Position numbers and translations under genes: made by a program
The notes under the pieces: generated by a model
Database searches by the model: none
Seen by the model: only the letters and a program-made list of their open reading frames with translations
Told to the model about the DNA's origin: nothing
From: Octopus vulgaris
Taxonomy: Eukaryota
Assembly (NCBI GenBank): GCA_951406725.2
Contig: OX597816.1
Coordinates: 44,082,001-44,146,000 of the forward strand
Length of the DNA stretch: 64,000 nucleotides
Direction of reading: 5' to 3'
Shown: positions 53,685 to 64,000 of the stretch, one piece after another
Layout: each line of letters starts with the position of its first letter
Position numbering within the stretch: position 1 is the stretch's first letter

Positions 53685-53897
53685 GTGGAGGTACGTGGCT
53701 TAATGGTTAGGGTGTTAGCATCATGATCGTAAGATTGTCATTTCGATTCCTGGACCGAGCAACGCGTTGTATTCTTGAGCAAAACGCTTCATTTCCCGTT
53801 GCTCCAGTTCACTCAGCTGGCACAAATGAGTAACGCTGCGACGCCATAGATACCGGGAAACCGGGCCCGTGAGCCTGGCTAGGCTTTAAAAAGTGCA
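53685..53897 (+). mobile_element. SINE family C with internal deletion
   Basis: Matches 11963-12210 but lacks the gatggactggcgtcccgtccag segment. Confidence 0.9.
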
Positions 53898-54420
53898 GAA
53901 AGAAAATTAATATATACAAACATACATAAACCTATAAACACATAAATTTATACATAAAGGACTTCCAAAAAAAATGTATATACATACGCATGCATGCATG
54001 CAAGAATACAAAGATATAAGTAAAAATGCAAACTACATATGCTCAGAAATCCATTAACACATGCACACCTATATGTACAACTACCTACCTACGTATATAT
54101 ATATGCGTTGACATTAATAACATTTTGTAAATTAATATAAATTAATATAATGTACGCTTGACTCTGTATATTTGCATTTGGGTATTAATATGTGTATATT
54201 TTCTACATTGTAATATCATAATATTAAGTTGAAAAACTGTAACATTGAATATGGAACATATGTATGTTTATTGATTTATATTATTTATATTATTATGAAT
54301 ATGTATATGTATATGTTTGGGAGTATGGGTATATGCACTCATATGTATATGTATATGATTTATTATGGGTATGTACCCTCACTTATATGAGTGTATATGT
54401 AATTTGGTTTGTATTTCATA

Positions 54421-54533
54421 ATCTCCGAAGAGGCCTTAGGATATTTTTGTAAATGTCTCATTTATAACTACATATTGACCTACCATACATAGCTAATATA
54501 AGTAAAATGAGACATACGTAACAGCTGTAAGAT
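54421..54533 (+). ncRNA. Decayed type I hammerhead with long stem II
   Basis: ATCT-CCGAAGA-...ATGTCTCATTT/AAATGAGACAT..-GTAA-CAGCTG-TA|AGAT. Stem III palindrome ACAGCTGT; two core substitutions. Confidence 0.6.
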
Positions 54534-54959
54534 GTAGTTTATATTTATATTTATATTTATTTATATTTATATTCTCTTATACATATTGTAGTTATTGTAT
54601 CATATTACTCCTTTATGTACACTCCTTTATGTACACTGTTTTGTTCTATATTATTATGTTTGACCTTAAAGTTTCTTAAGTAGTGGTTTAATAAAGTATG
54701 TGATTGGGTAATATCTGGTAGTTGATATTTGATGTGGATGTATTTCTCCATTTTCTTATTTTGTATTATGAATTTGTGGTAAAACATTTTACCTTTGCCC
54801 ATATAATTCAGTAAATGAATTAATTGCATCGCAATTCTTAACATTTATGTATTAACTTTGTTGGGTACTTCACTAGCAGTATATTGGATATATGTTATCC
54901 CATGGAGGGTTGCATTTACAACCCCTATCTCAATTTGTACATATATATATATATATGTT

Positions 54960-55262
54960 TGTTTGTTTGTTCCTTCTCGAGCTCTGCCTGGCTCATAAGG
55001 GCCGGTTTCCTGGTTTCTTGGCGTATAGGTTTCCCACCTGGACGGGACGCCGGTCCGTCGCAGGTGAGCTGCAAGATGCAGGAGGAAATAGTGAGAGTAA
55101 GTTGTGGCGAAAGAGGCAGCAGAAGTTCGCCATTACCTTCTGCCGGAGCCGCGTGGAGCTTAGGTGTTTTCGCTCATAAACACACACATCGCCCGGTCTG
55201 AGATTCAAACCCGCGATTCCTCGACCGCGAGTCCGCTGCTCTAACCACTAGGCCATGTGCCT

Positions 55263-55265
<3 letters not shown>
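54960..55265 (-). mobile_element. Chimeric tRNA-SINE (family D head and body, family C-like tail)
   Basis: Minus strand gagcgaaaacacctaagctccacgcggctccggcag (D), then gcgacggaccggcgtcccgtccag..gaaaccaggaaaccggccc..atgagcc (C-like). Confidence 0.85.
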
Positions 55266-55345
<80 letters not shown>

Positions 55346-55383
55346 TATATATATATATTGATATATGCATATATATATACAGG

Positions 55384-55491
<108 letters not shown>

Positions 55492-55886
55492 TATATGCAT
55501 ACATACAGGCATCAATTTCCTACGTATAAATAAAAAAAACAAAAACCCACATGTGCTTATATGCATGAAAGCATCCGCCAGGTATAAGCAAACGATCTCT
55601 CCATCGATCTATTACATCATCGTTATTTATCTATCGATCAACAAAGGTATTCATCTGTCTAACTGCATATCTATTTCTAAATCTATCTACAAGGCTATCA
55701 ATATGCCTATCAATCAATTCAGCTGGCTTGCTATAATTCAAAGCATTTCTTCCTCTCTGTCGATCTGTCTGTGTTTCTTTCTATCTATTTATATGTATAT
55801 GTGTGTGTGCGTCTGTGTGTCTGTGTATATGTGTATACTTAAATATAAATATATGTATGTACGTAGGTATGGATAGATAGATAAAC

Positions 55887-56008
<122 letters not shown>

Positions 56009-56017
56009 TCACACACA

Positions 56018-56160
56018 AGGAAATAGTGAGAGAATTCTGTGGCGAAAGAGTCAGCAGGAGTTCCCCATTGTCTTCTGCAGCCGCCGCGTGGAGCTTAGGT
56101 ATTTCGCTGATAAACACCTACATCACTCTGTAAGAGATTCGAACTCGCCGCAATCCTTCG
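56018..56160 (-). mobile_element. Partial copy of the 54960-55265 SINE type
   Basis: ggaaatagtgagag..tgtggcgaaagag..ccgcgtggagcttaggt. Confidence 0.8.
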
Positions 56161-56199
<39 letters not shown>

Positions 56200-56531
56200 A
56201 GAATGAATGTTTTTATATATAATGAACGTGAAATACAGGAAGGGACGAACACGGAACACAGACAAATCATTCGAAGCCTTCAATCTTCAGTCAGACACCG
56301 AGTCATCATAGCAAATTTCGGCTGTTCAATTCTGATATTTGCTCCAACTCGGCCAGCCCCAAGAAAAAAACTAAGCTGTAAGCATTAGATTTCTTGGTAG
56401 AAGACAGGAATGTGAACGCACAAGACGGATGTGAATACAAGAGACGAAAACGAAATTGAAAACAGTAATGAATAAACAAAATATATAGAACGGTGGTTGT
56501 CATACGACTTTAGACCAAATGAGACAAAAAC

Positions 56532-56536
<5 letters not shown>
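56200..56536 (-). mobile_element. Family P1 element between (TA)n tracts, structured module at 56270-56390
   Basis: Minus strand AGCAAAT-A-TCAGA..CAGCC-GAAA-TTTGCT..TCTGA-CTGAAGA. Confidence 0.7.
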
Positions 56537-56563
<27 letters not shown>

Positions 56564-56671
56564 CATGTGGAGGCACATGACCTAGTTAGAGCGGTGGATT
56601 CACAAAATGTACATTCACAAAAAGTATTCTTGAATACATAGAGGCATATGTATATATATATATTTATATTG

Positions 56672-57007
56672 AGACCCCCTTCGGTCATGACTGACCATGG
56701 GCACTAGAAAGTTGCCCTCCGAGGCACAAGTCCGGGCAATGTTTTTTTTTTATGGAAGGCCAGCAGTCTCCCATGCATACCGGCCTCCTCTCTCCACGCC
56801 ACCAGTGTTTTCCAAGGGAAGGCAAAGGCCGATACAGCGTGGCACCCGTGACGTCGCAACTCATTTCTACATCTACAGCTGTGTGAACTGGAGCAACGTG
56901 AAATAAAGTGTCTTGCTCAAGAACACAACACGCAGCCGGGTCCGGGATTCGAACTCACAACCTCACGATCATAAGCTCGACGCTTTAACCACTGAGCCAT
57001 GCACCTT
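56672..57007 (-). mobile_element. SINE family E
   Basis: Matches 24743-25092. Confidence 0.9.
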
Positions 57008-57067
57008 CACACACACACACACACATGTATATACAGACACACATATATACGTGTGTGTGCGTGTGTG

Positions 57068-57140
<73 letters not shown>

Positions 57141-57752
57141 ATATGTATGTAAGTGTGTAAATATATATTTACCTAAAACTTTAAAGCAGAATCTCTTTAA
57201 CGAAATATCAATAAATAAATAAATACATTAACAAATAAAAACATCAGTCAGTCATTCTGACTAAATTTCTGTGGTGCTATATATATATGGCCAACAGTAG
57301 CAGTGAGTGATTCACGTGATCTTCTGTGCTACTGTCTGGGTAGCTGGGACATGACGTTAGAGGTGTTAGTGGGGTGGGTGTTGATAGCGTTGAGGTTATG
57401 AACGATGACGTAAGATCATATAAGAACAGAGAGAAAAGTGGTGATGGTCATTATGATGATGATGGAATTAACAGTGCTGGTCATTTATTGCAGGTGGTGA
57501 TTGTGGTGATGGTGGTGGAAGAACTGTTGGAGATTGTGGTGGAGGCAGTTTGGACATGTATGGTACGCATGCGTTCTTATGAGGGACGTAAATGCGACGA
57601 AACATATGTAAACAAACGCATGCGTGTACACACACACACACACTGTGTGACACAGTAATGCATGTATAAACAGAAATATTTGTGTGTGTAATAAAAAATA
57701 CATTAGACACACACATACGCACAAATACATACATGTATATAAATATATATAC

Positions 57753-57808
<56 letters not shown>

Positions 57809-57810
<2 letters not shown>

Positions 57811-57985
57811 GAGAAAAAAAACACGTTTTATCAATTCAAAATGAACAATTAAATTACACCATCTAGAAAATTACAAATTGATAAAAGGTGTTTTTTTCTA
57901 ATTTTTATATATATATTATATTTTGTGAAATTTGATTTGATATTTCTAAATTGAACTTTTCCCTGTAAGTTAGGAATAATATTCC

Positions 57986-57989
<4 letters not shown>
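57809..57989 (+). mobile_element. (TA)n-flanked fragment with inverted 5' stub
   Basis: agaaaaaaaacacgttttatcaatt (57812-36) versus aattgataaaaggtgtttttttct (57876-99), followed by an unpaired tail. Confidence 0.6.
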
Positions 57990-58026
<37 letters not shown>

Positions 58027-58241
58027 CTAGTAGTTGATAATTCGAATGGTATACACTTGGTTGTTTGCCGGTAAAGCACGTTACTGGCTGAGTGTTTGAT
58101 GGGTATGTAATTGATTAGAGAGACGGAAGAAGGAGTGTTGTTGCTGTGTCTCCTGTGCCGATTTCAAAGAGTATCTTGATAAAATATACTCTTGAAAAGA
58201 TACATCTATACCGAGGGATACGACTAAGCCAGTGCAATATC

Positions 58242-58288
58242 CCACCCGTGAAGGATCGATGCTAGATGGGTCGAAACAACTGTAGTGG
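58242..58288 (+). ncRNA. Decayed type I hammerhead in a (TA)n-flanked element (58026-58322)
   Basis: CCAC-ccgtgaag-GATCGAT-gctag-ATGGGTC-GAAA-CAACTG-TA|GTGG, followed by AATAAA. The 5' core is damaged. Confidence 0.6.
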
Positions 58289-58946
58289 TCAATAAAGATT
58301 CTTGTGTATTCCTTATATCTGCATATATATTTATATATGTACGTGTGTGTATATGTGTGTGTGCATGCATATGCATCTGTGTGTGCATGTGTGTGTGTGT
58401 GTATGTATGTAGGTGGATAGGTAGTTGTGCATAATACATGTGCGTATCTATAAATGTACTTGTGTGCCCGTGTAACGTGCCTATTTGGGGATCAATTTGG
58501 ATTATTGCCACATTAATTTCGAGGCCTACGTATTTGGTGACCTAATTAGGAGACCTAAATTTAAACAAAAAAATGTAAATTTTTTGTTCTAAAATCTTTC
58601 GTTGTTTTGTGGTTTACAATTGGCGAGCGTAAGATAACAGTCATCTTCACATAGGCCTCCTAGGTCCCTTGTTATAGAGAGGACGGCAACTTGTGAGATC
58701 ACGAATTTCAGCCGAGCTGCTAACGCCCATTCTAACATCATAATGAATACTAGCCTGCTTCTTAATCTATTTTGAATTGTTTTGCTTCATGAAAGTTTAG
58801 CAAGGAAGTGGGAGGATTTGAATTTATTGAGTTGAGGTTCAGTGTTTCTGCAAAATCTAATGCGCTGTGGGGCCAAGTTTGGTAATGGAAGTGTAATTGC
58901 TATTGATATCCAACTGGAAAAACACTAAACTCTCGTTATATGCCAT

Positions 58947-59738
58947 GTAATTAACTGTAATTCTTATACACTCAAATGTATTGCTCGCGTACAAACAGTG
59001 TGCTTTAATATAATGTTTATCGTGGTTTTGGACTTTGACTGTCATTGTTAGCATGTAAGAAATCCACACGCTGGTTTTCTCTCCGTGTATGTTTCATACA
59101 CTATTATATTTTAAAATATTCATGTTTTCTGACCTTTATTACGCATGCTAACCACCGGTATGAATTATTTCATAATCTTTACCTTTGTATTTATAATGAT
59201 AAATATTTAAATTCTTAGACCGTGTAGTATATGATTGAATTTATTCACTGCTATAATACTCTGGTTTTGCACGTTGGTTTGAGGGCATTCGATTTGAATT
59301 CTTGATGTATAGAGATGGAACTGAATGCACATGTCTTTACTTTGTATTTTCGGTACACATTGTAGTCTCATATTTATACATTTTACAGCGACCTTACTGA
59401 CGAGCTACGGATGACTAATTGATCAATTAATTAAATTATTGCTTGATTTATTTGGTCATTAATCGTGAAAATCTTGAGTATAAGGTTAACTGAATTTTTT
59501 ATTCACTCAAATGTCTTGCTCGCGTACAAACAGCCTGCTTTAATATAAGAACGTCTTTTTCATGGTTTTGAGCTTTGACTGCCACTTTTAACATGTAAGA
59601 AATCCACATGGTGGTTTTCTCTCTATGTATATTTCATACACTATTATATTTTAAAATATTATCTCTTCTGACTTTTATTACACATGATAATTACCAGCAT
59701 AAATTATTTCATAATTATTACTCTTGTATTTATAGAGT
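58947..59738 (+). mobile_element. Partial-tandem (about 1.5 units) hammerhead element, retrozyme/pLTR-like
   Basis: Direct repeats 58951-59195 and 59486-59734 (period about 535 bp); HHR at the unit junction; ends in (TA)n. Confidence 0.78.
59391..59486 (+). ncRNA. Type I hammerhead
   Basis: ACCTTA-CTGACGA(59397-403)-gctACG.ATGACTAA...TTGGTCAT..CGT-GAAA(59467-70)-ATCTTGAG-TA|TAAGGT. Confidence 0.75.
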
Positions 59739-60579
59739 TATATATATATATATATATATGTGTGGGGCGTATGTCTGTTTGCTTGTGTATGCATGAGAGT
59801 AATTGTGTGCACATATGTATGCTACATGCAAGTGTAAGCATTCCAAGTCACGGATATTTATAATTCTATTATCAAAAATAACAATATCCAACACTGAAAA
59901 TAGACTGGCTATGAACGAAATCTATATAATTCATTAGGCACAAAAGTAGAATTATGGTGACAAAGAAATTATGACGGTAACAGCACGCCATATTGTCTAA
60001 ATATAACGATGTAATTGTATTTCAGTAATATACAGCTGATTTAAGTCAATTTGGTTTTTATTGCTAGTATGAAATCAAATGTTGTTCGTGAACGAGGCAT
60101 TATAATTGTTTTATTTATTTTTTTTTTTTTTCATGAAATGTTCTCAGTTAAAGAAAAATCTGATTTCTCCTGAAATACTTTTCGTTTGGGACTTGCGATA
60201 TAATTTCTGAATTATTTTCTAAAACACGTAAGCTTTTGAACACACATAAACACAGGTGAGGAACATTGTAAAGTTTATCTCTGGAGTGTTAAGATGATAT
60301 TCTCTGCCTATACTCTTTGTAAAACATAGTTTTGAACTATATATTTTCCGTTCGTTATTATACGTCTTTTACAATTACATGTAAACCAATGGTAACTGAA
60401 TTCATTGTTGAACACAAATTTCTATCATTCAAAGCATAACAATCTATCTGAGAAATTTCGGTAAATATATCTAAAATTACGATTTGGTTTCTAATTTACA
60501 TCGATGTTCGAAATCTGGGTGATGTGTATTTTCGATCAACTCAGCGTATACATATTTTAACGTACTCAGTATAATTAAA

Positions 60580-61220
60580 ATTATGTTATGATAAATAGCA
60601 ATGCACAGAATGGTCGACTGCAGGGAACAAGTAATCATTTACATAAGACTAGAAATTTTGAGTGGGAGAGCGAATCGCAAAGCATTTTGACCGACTCGTT
60701 AAAGATTCGTACAGCTTGCCACCTTACAATAAAGAATAATATTAACACTATAAATAAAAAAAAATACAACAGTATTTTGAATATTTCTATCTGCATAAGA
60801 CACAGGTGCCCTCCCAACACAGATGCAGAGAAAAATACAGGCGCATGCAAAGAGATGCTAGAGCAAAATTTTACGTATCACTATGTTGTGCCGCATTAAA
60901 AACGAACTGGAACATAAAACCGCGAAGGATCAGCGTGATTCTTAAGTCTTCCCCATAACAACGACAAAAAGAGAACTTAGATGGCATGGCCACATGAGAA
61001 GACCAAAGGGTCTTACAATAACTATTCTACAAGGAATTGTGGATTAGTAAAAACGGGGCGATAGATAGAGTGAATAATGTTCTGAAAACATGACGAAATT
61101 GAAATGCAGAACAATAACTGAGATTGGAACTCTGGTAGACAGCTGAAATTTGGAGAAGTTTGTTGTACTGAGTATCACGACAATACCCCCACGTCACCAC
61201 CAAGATTTAAGTGAAATGAA
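60580..61220 (+). pseudogene. RTE-clade LINE 3' ORF remnant
   Basis: Manual translation IFLSA*DTGALPTQMQRKIQAHAKRC*SKILRI..RIKNE..KRELRWHGHMRRPKGLTITILQGIV matches RTE/BovB C-terminal motifs. Confidence 0.75.
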
Positions 61221-62119
61221 TACTGATACATAATATGTGTTGTTAGCAAGTGCAATCCTTTAGCAGTTCTGCTAAGAAATATGTAATTTTGTCACAAAGT
61301 GAAAGCATTTGATGGACAAGTATATTGGCGAAATAGAACAAAGTATTCCAGCATAATGTTTTTAATTGATCTTGGAATAATGAAAGACAAAATCAACCGG
61401 AAGAACGCTTAAGATCAGAAAGTAAAGGAATATTAGTAAATGTCGCAAGATATTTTCAATATTGTACTTTACCAACTCACTAACGTCTATAATTATTTTC
61501 AATTCTACAGACACTCCAGATGAGTAGAATATATTTAGTGAACCACTTGGTCTCTCAGCCTTCTAAGAAGAGCATCGAAATATTCCTCTAAGCATACTTG
61601 TCCGCTTTTAAAAAATGACGCGTTTGTTAATGAAGTCCTCAGAACACTATATTTGAAGATAGCAAGAGATGGTCATGGCTGAAACGCTTCTAATTAAACG
61701 ACTATTCGGTCAAAAAATATCTATTTTTTAATTATTCCATCTTTATACTAGTGAATAACTCACGAATTCTAAGCTATTGATTGTTGAATATTTAATTATT
61801 GATTACTTTTGAATCTTAAAATACTTCATCAAACATTCTAATTAGGATATAATTAACATGAAACCGCTGGTGGTAAGTTGTTCTTTTTTTTTTAGTTTAG
61901 TCAAAATTAATTGAATAATTTTGATACAATGTGTGTTCACAAATAATTATAAAATCTGTGAAATTTAACTTAGTTGCCATGATCACAATTGTATGTGTTT
62001 GTAGCATGATTTTGACGAAACATCAATAGGAATTATTTTGACCCTCATCAGCTCTAATCGAGCAGACACATGATCAAATTCGTTCCTGTTGTGATAATTT
62101 CGTATTTTTTATAGTCGGC

Positions 62120-62762
62120 GATAGCATTGACTGAGGAGACGCAGTTCTATCGAAACGCTGGTTATATTAACTCCTCATATTCCAACGAATCGAGTGCTAT
62201 GAACATAAATTTGTCTGGAACGAGAAGTTGTTCTATATTGACGAAACATAACACAAAAAAGATTTACATATTCATGTTCAAATCTGCTGGATTGTATTAG
62301 GTATGAATACATAAGCCATCATTTTAATGATCGTCGATCATTGCACATATGAAAATTCATTTTCGATCGAAAGAAATCGGCATGCATCATTAAGTAATTC
62401 CATTTCTGAAGTTAGATTCATTACCTTATGCAGCTTCGACTGAGGGGAAACAACGATATTGAAACACCGGGGCTCATGAAGAATGAACATTTAAGTCAAC
62501 ATCGTTAGATATAATGCTGCATACTGAATATTTAAAATAAATTATGTTTTTTGTTTAGAAATTTCTGTCGGCTTAGTTCGAGACGCGTGTTCATAGTGAT
62601 AAATTAGATGGTTATTGACAATTTGTCTATTTTCGGCATATTTGGCATTAGAATATTTTTCTTTTGCCCTCGTTTATAAGTTGTTTATAAATTTAACCTT
62701 TAAAGGTATTTTTTAATATACTGGTCATTGATAAATTTTTTTTCGAAAACTTTTGTCCTATA
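62120..62762 (+). mobile_element. Family P2 element with two decayed tandem hammerhead-like motifs
   Basis: CTGAGGA-GA..TC-GAAA-CGCTGG-TT (62131-63) and CTTCG-A-CTGAGGG..GAAA-CACCGGGGC-TC-A-TGAAG (62434-81); P2 tail at 62565-62762. Confidence 0.55.
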
Positions 62763-62773
62763 TTATATATATA

Positions 62774-64000
62774 CAGTTGCGGCCAAAATGTTCAGAACGA
62801 AATTGTTTTCGTCAGAAAAGTAAGTATAAGTTTTTACCAAAGTAGTTTTATATTCTAGACATACAATATTAATTGTTATTGTCTGAGATTTTGGTGTAAT
62901 TTGAGAGGATACTACAAAAGTTATGGATGATTTAGTGATTTACTGCAAAACCCATGGCGGCCAAAATGATCAGAACGGTTGAAAATATAAAAAAGATAAT
63001 CAAAAATTACAGAGAATACTGGAATTATTTAATATTTAGTGTGAAGCCCTTTAGCTTCAATCACACTCTGACATCTTCGACTGCATGAGGAAATTAAATT
63101 TTCAATTTCTTGCTGGGTTATCTTATTCCATTCTTCCTGAAGGGCTTTCCATAATTGCTCAGTTGTTGTAGGATTTCTGGCTTTCAAACGTTCTCCTAGA
63201 ATATTCCATACATTTTCAATAGGATTGAGATCTGGGCTTTGAGCAGGCCAATCCATAACAATAACCTTTTCAGCCTTGAGGAAGTTCATGACCACCTTAG
63301 CCTTGTGACATGGGGCATTGTCTTGCATGAATATGGGTGAATTTCTCAGCACAGGCAAGACATGATCTTTTACAAGTTGTTTATAAACTCCTGCATTTAC
63401 CTTTCCATGTAATCGCACCAAAGGGCCCACACCATCTCCAGATATCATCCCCCAAATCATGACACTTCCTCCACCGAATTTAACACTAGTCATAAGGCAT
63501 TTAGGTGACAATTTTTCACCTACTTTTCTACGAACGTACCTTTTCCCATCTGAGCCAAATAACATGAACTTAGATTCATCACTGAAATGCACCGTTTGCC
63601 ATTTTTCTTGAGACCACTACACATGTTTGGTTGCAAAGGTAAGACGACACTTTTTATTCTTGGAGCTGATCAGTGGCTTCACTGCAGGTACTCTTGCTTG
63701 TAGGTCATGTTCAACTAAACGACGAGACACAGGTTTTCGAGATAAATTTTTCTTCAATACAGTGCTCTTTTTCCGAGAAACAGCAGCAGCAGTTTTAAAT
63801 CTGTCCTTTTTAACCAACTTTACCATAGCACGATCTTCTCTCTTGGTCGTTTTTTCTTGGCCTACCTGTAAACTTTCTTGCTTCACACGAACCACAATCA
63901 TCGTAGACCTTAAGAATACCGTGTACAACACTTTTTGACTTGTTAACAATCTTTGCAATAGATCCAATACTTAAATTATCCTTCCTTCGAAGCTTAATAA
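62774..64000 (-). mobile_element. Tc1-family DNA transposon, IR-DR type, continuing past the window end
   Basis: TA then CAGTTGCGGCCAAAATGTTCAGAACG terminus; inner repeat GCGGCCAAAATGATCAGAACG at 62957-62977. Confidence 0.92.
63029..63967 (-). pseudogene. Tc1 DD34E transposase, frameshifted
   Basis: HFSDESKF, FMQDNAPCH, SPDLNPIENVW with 34 residues between D and E. The N-terminal part lies in the separate ORF 63617-63967. Confidence 0.93.

Overview
AT-rich, microsatellite-saturated eukaryotic non-coding DNA with no recognisable host gene or exon. Most ORFs in the supplied track are translations of (TA)n, (CA)n, (TACA)n and (TTA)n repeats. The SINE families and repeat content suggest a coleoid cephalopod (Octopus-like) genome; this is an inference, not a database match. 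Recognisable content: about 30 full or partial copies of five or six modular tRNA-derived SINE families; a decayed mariner and a mariner MITE; a Tc1 (DD34E) element with an IR-DR end; two tandem 5'-truncated R4/Dong-clade retrotransposons sitting in (TAA)n; RTE LINE fragments; a Helitron helicase remnant and a Helitron-like non-autonomous element; small hAT-like MITEs. The main signal is a dense population (about 15-20 in 64 kb) of hammerhead ribozyme (HHR) motifs from many unrelated sequence families. Most lie in non-coding elements that end in (TA)n, have self-complementary stem III, and show fold-back or partial-tandem architectures typical of Penelope-like elements and retrozymes. In two cases a repeat boundary falls at the predicted self-cleavage site. 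One family (2.3 kb, 56.3 kb, 21.6 kb) appears to carry the hammerhead strands in a scrambled, non-circularly permuted order, supported by compensatory changes. All folds and alignments were done by eye, and boundaries of decayed elements are approximate.
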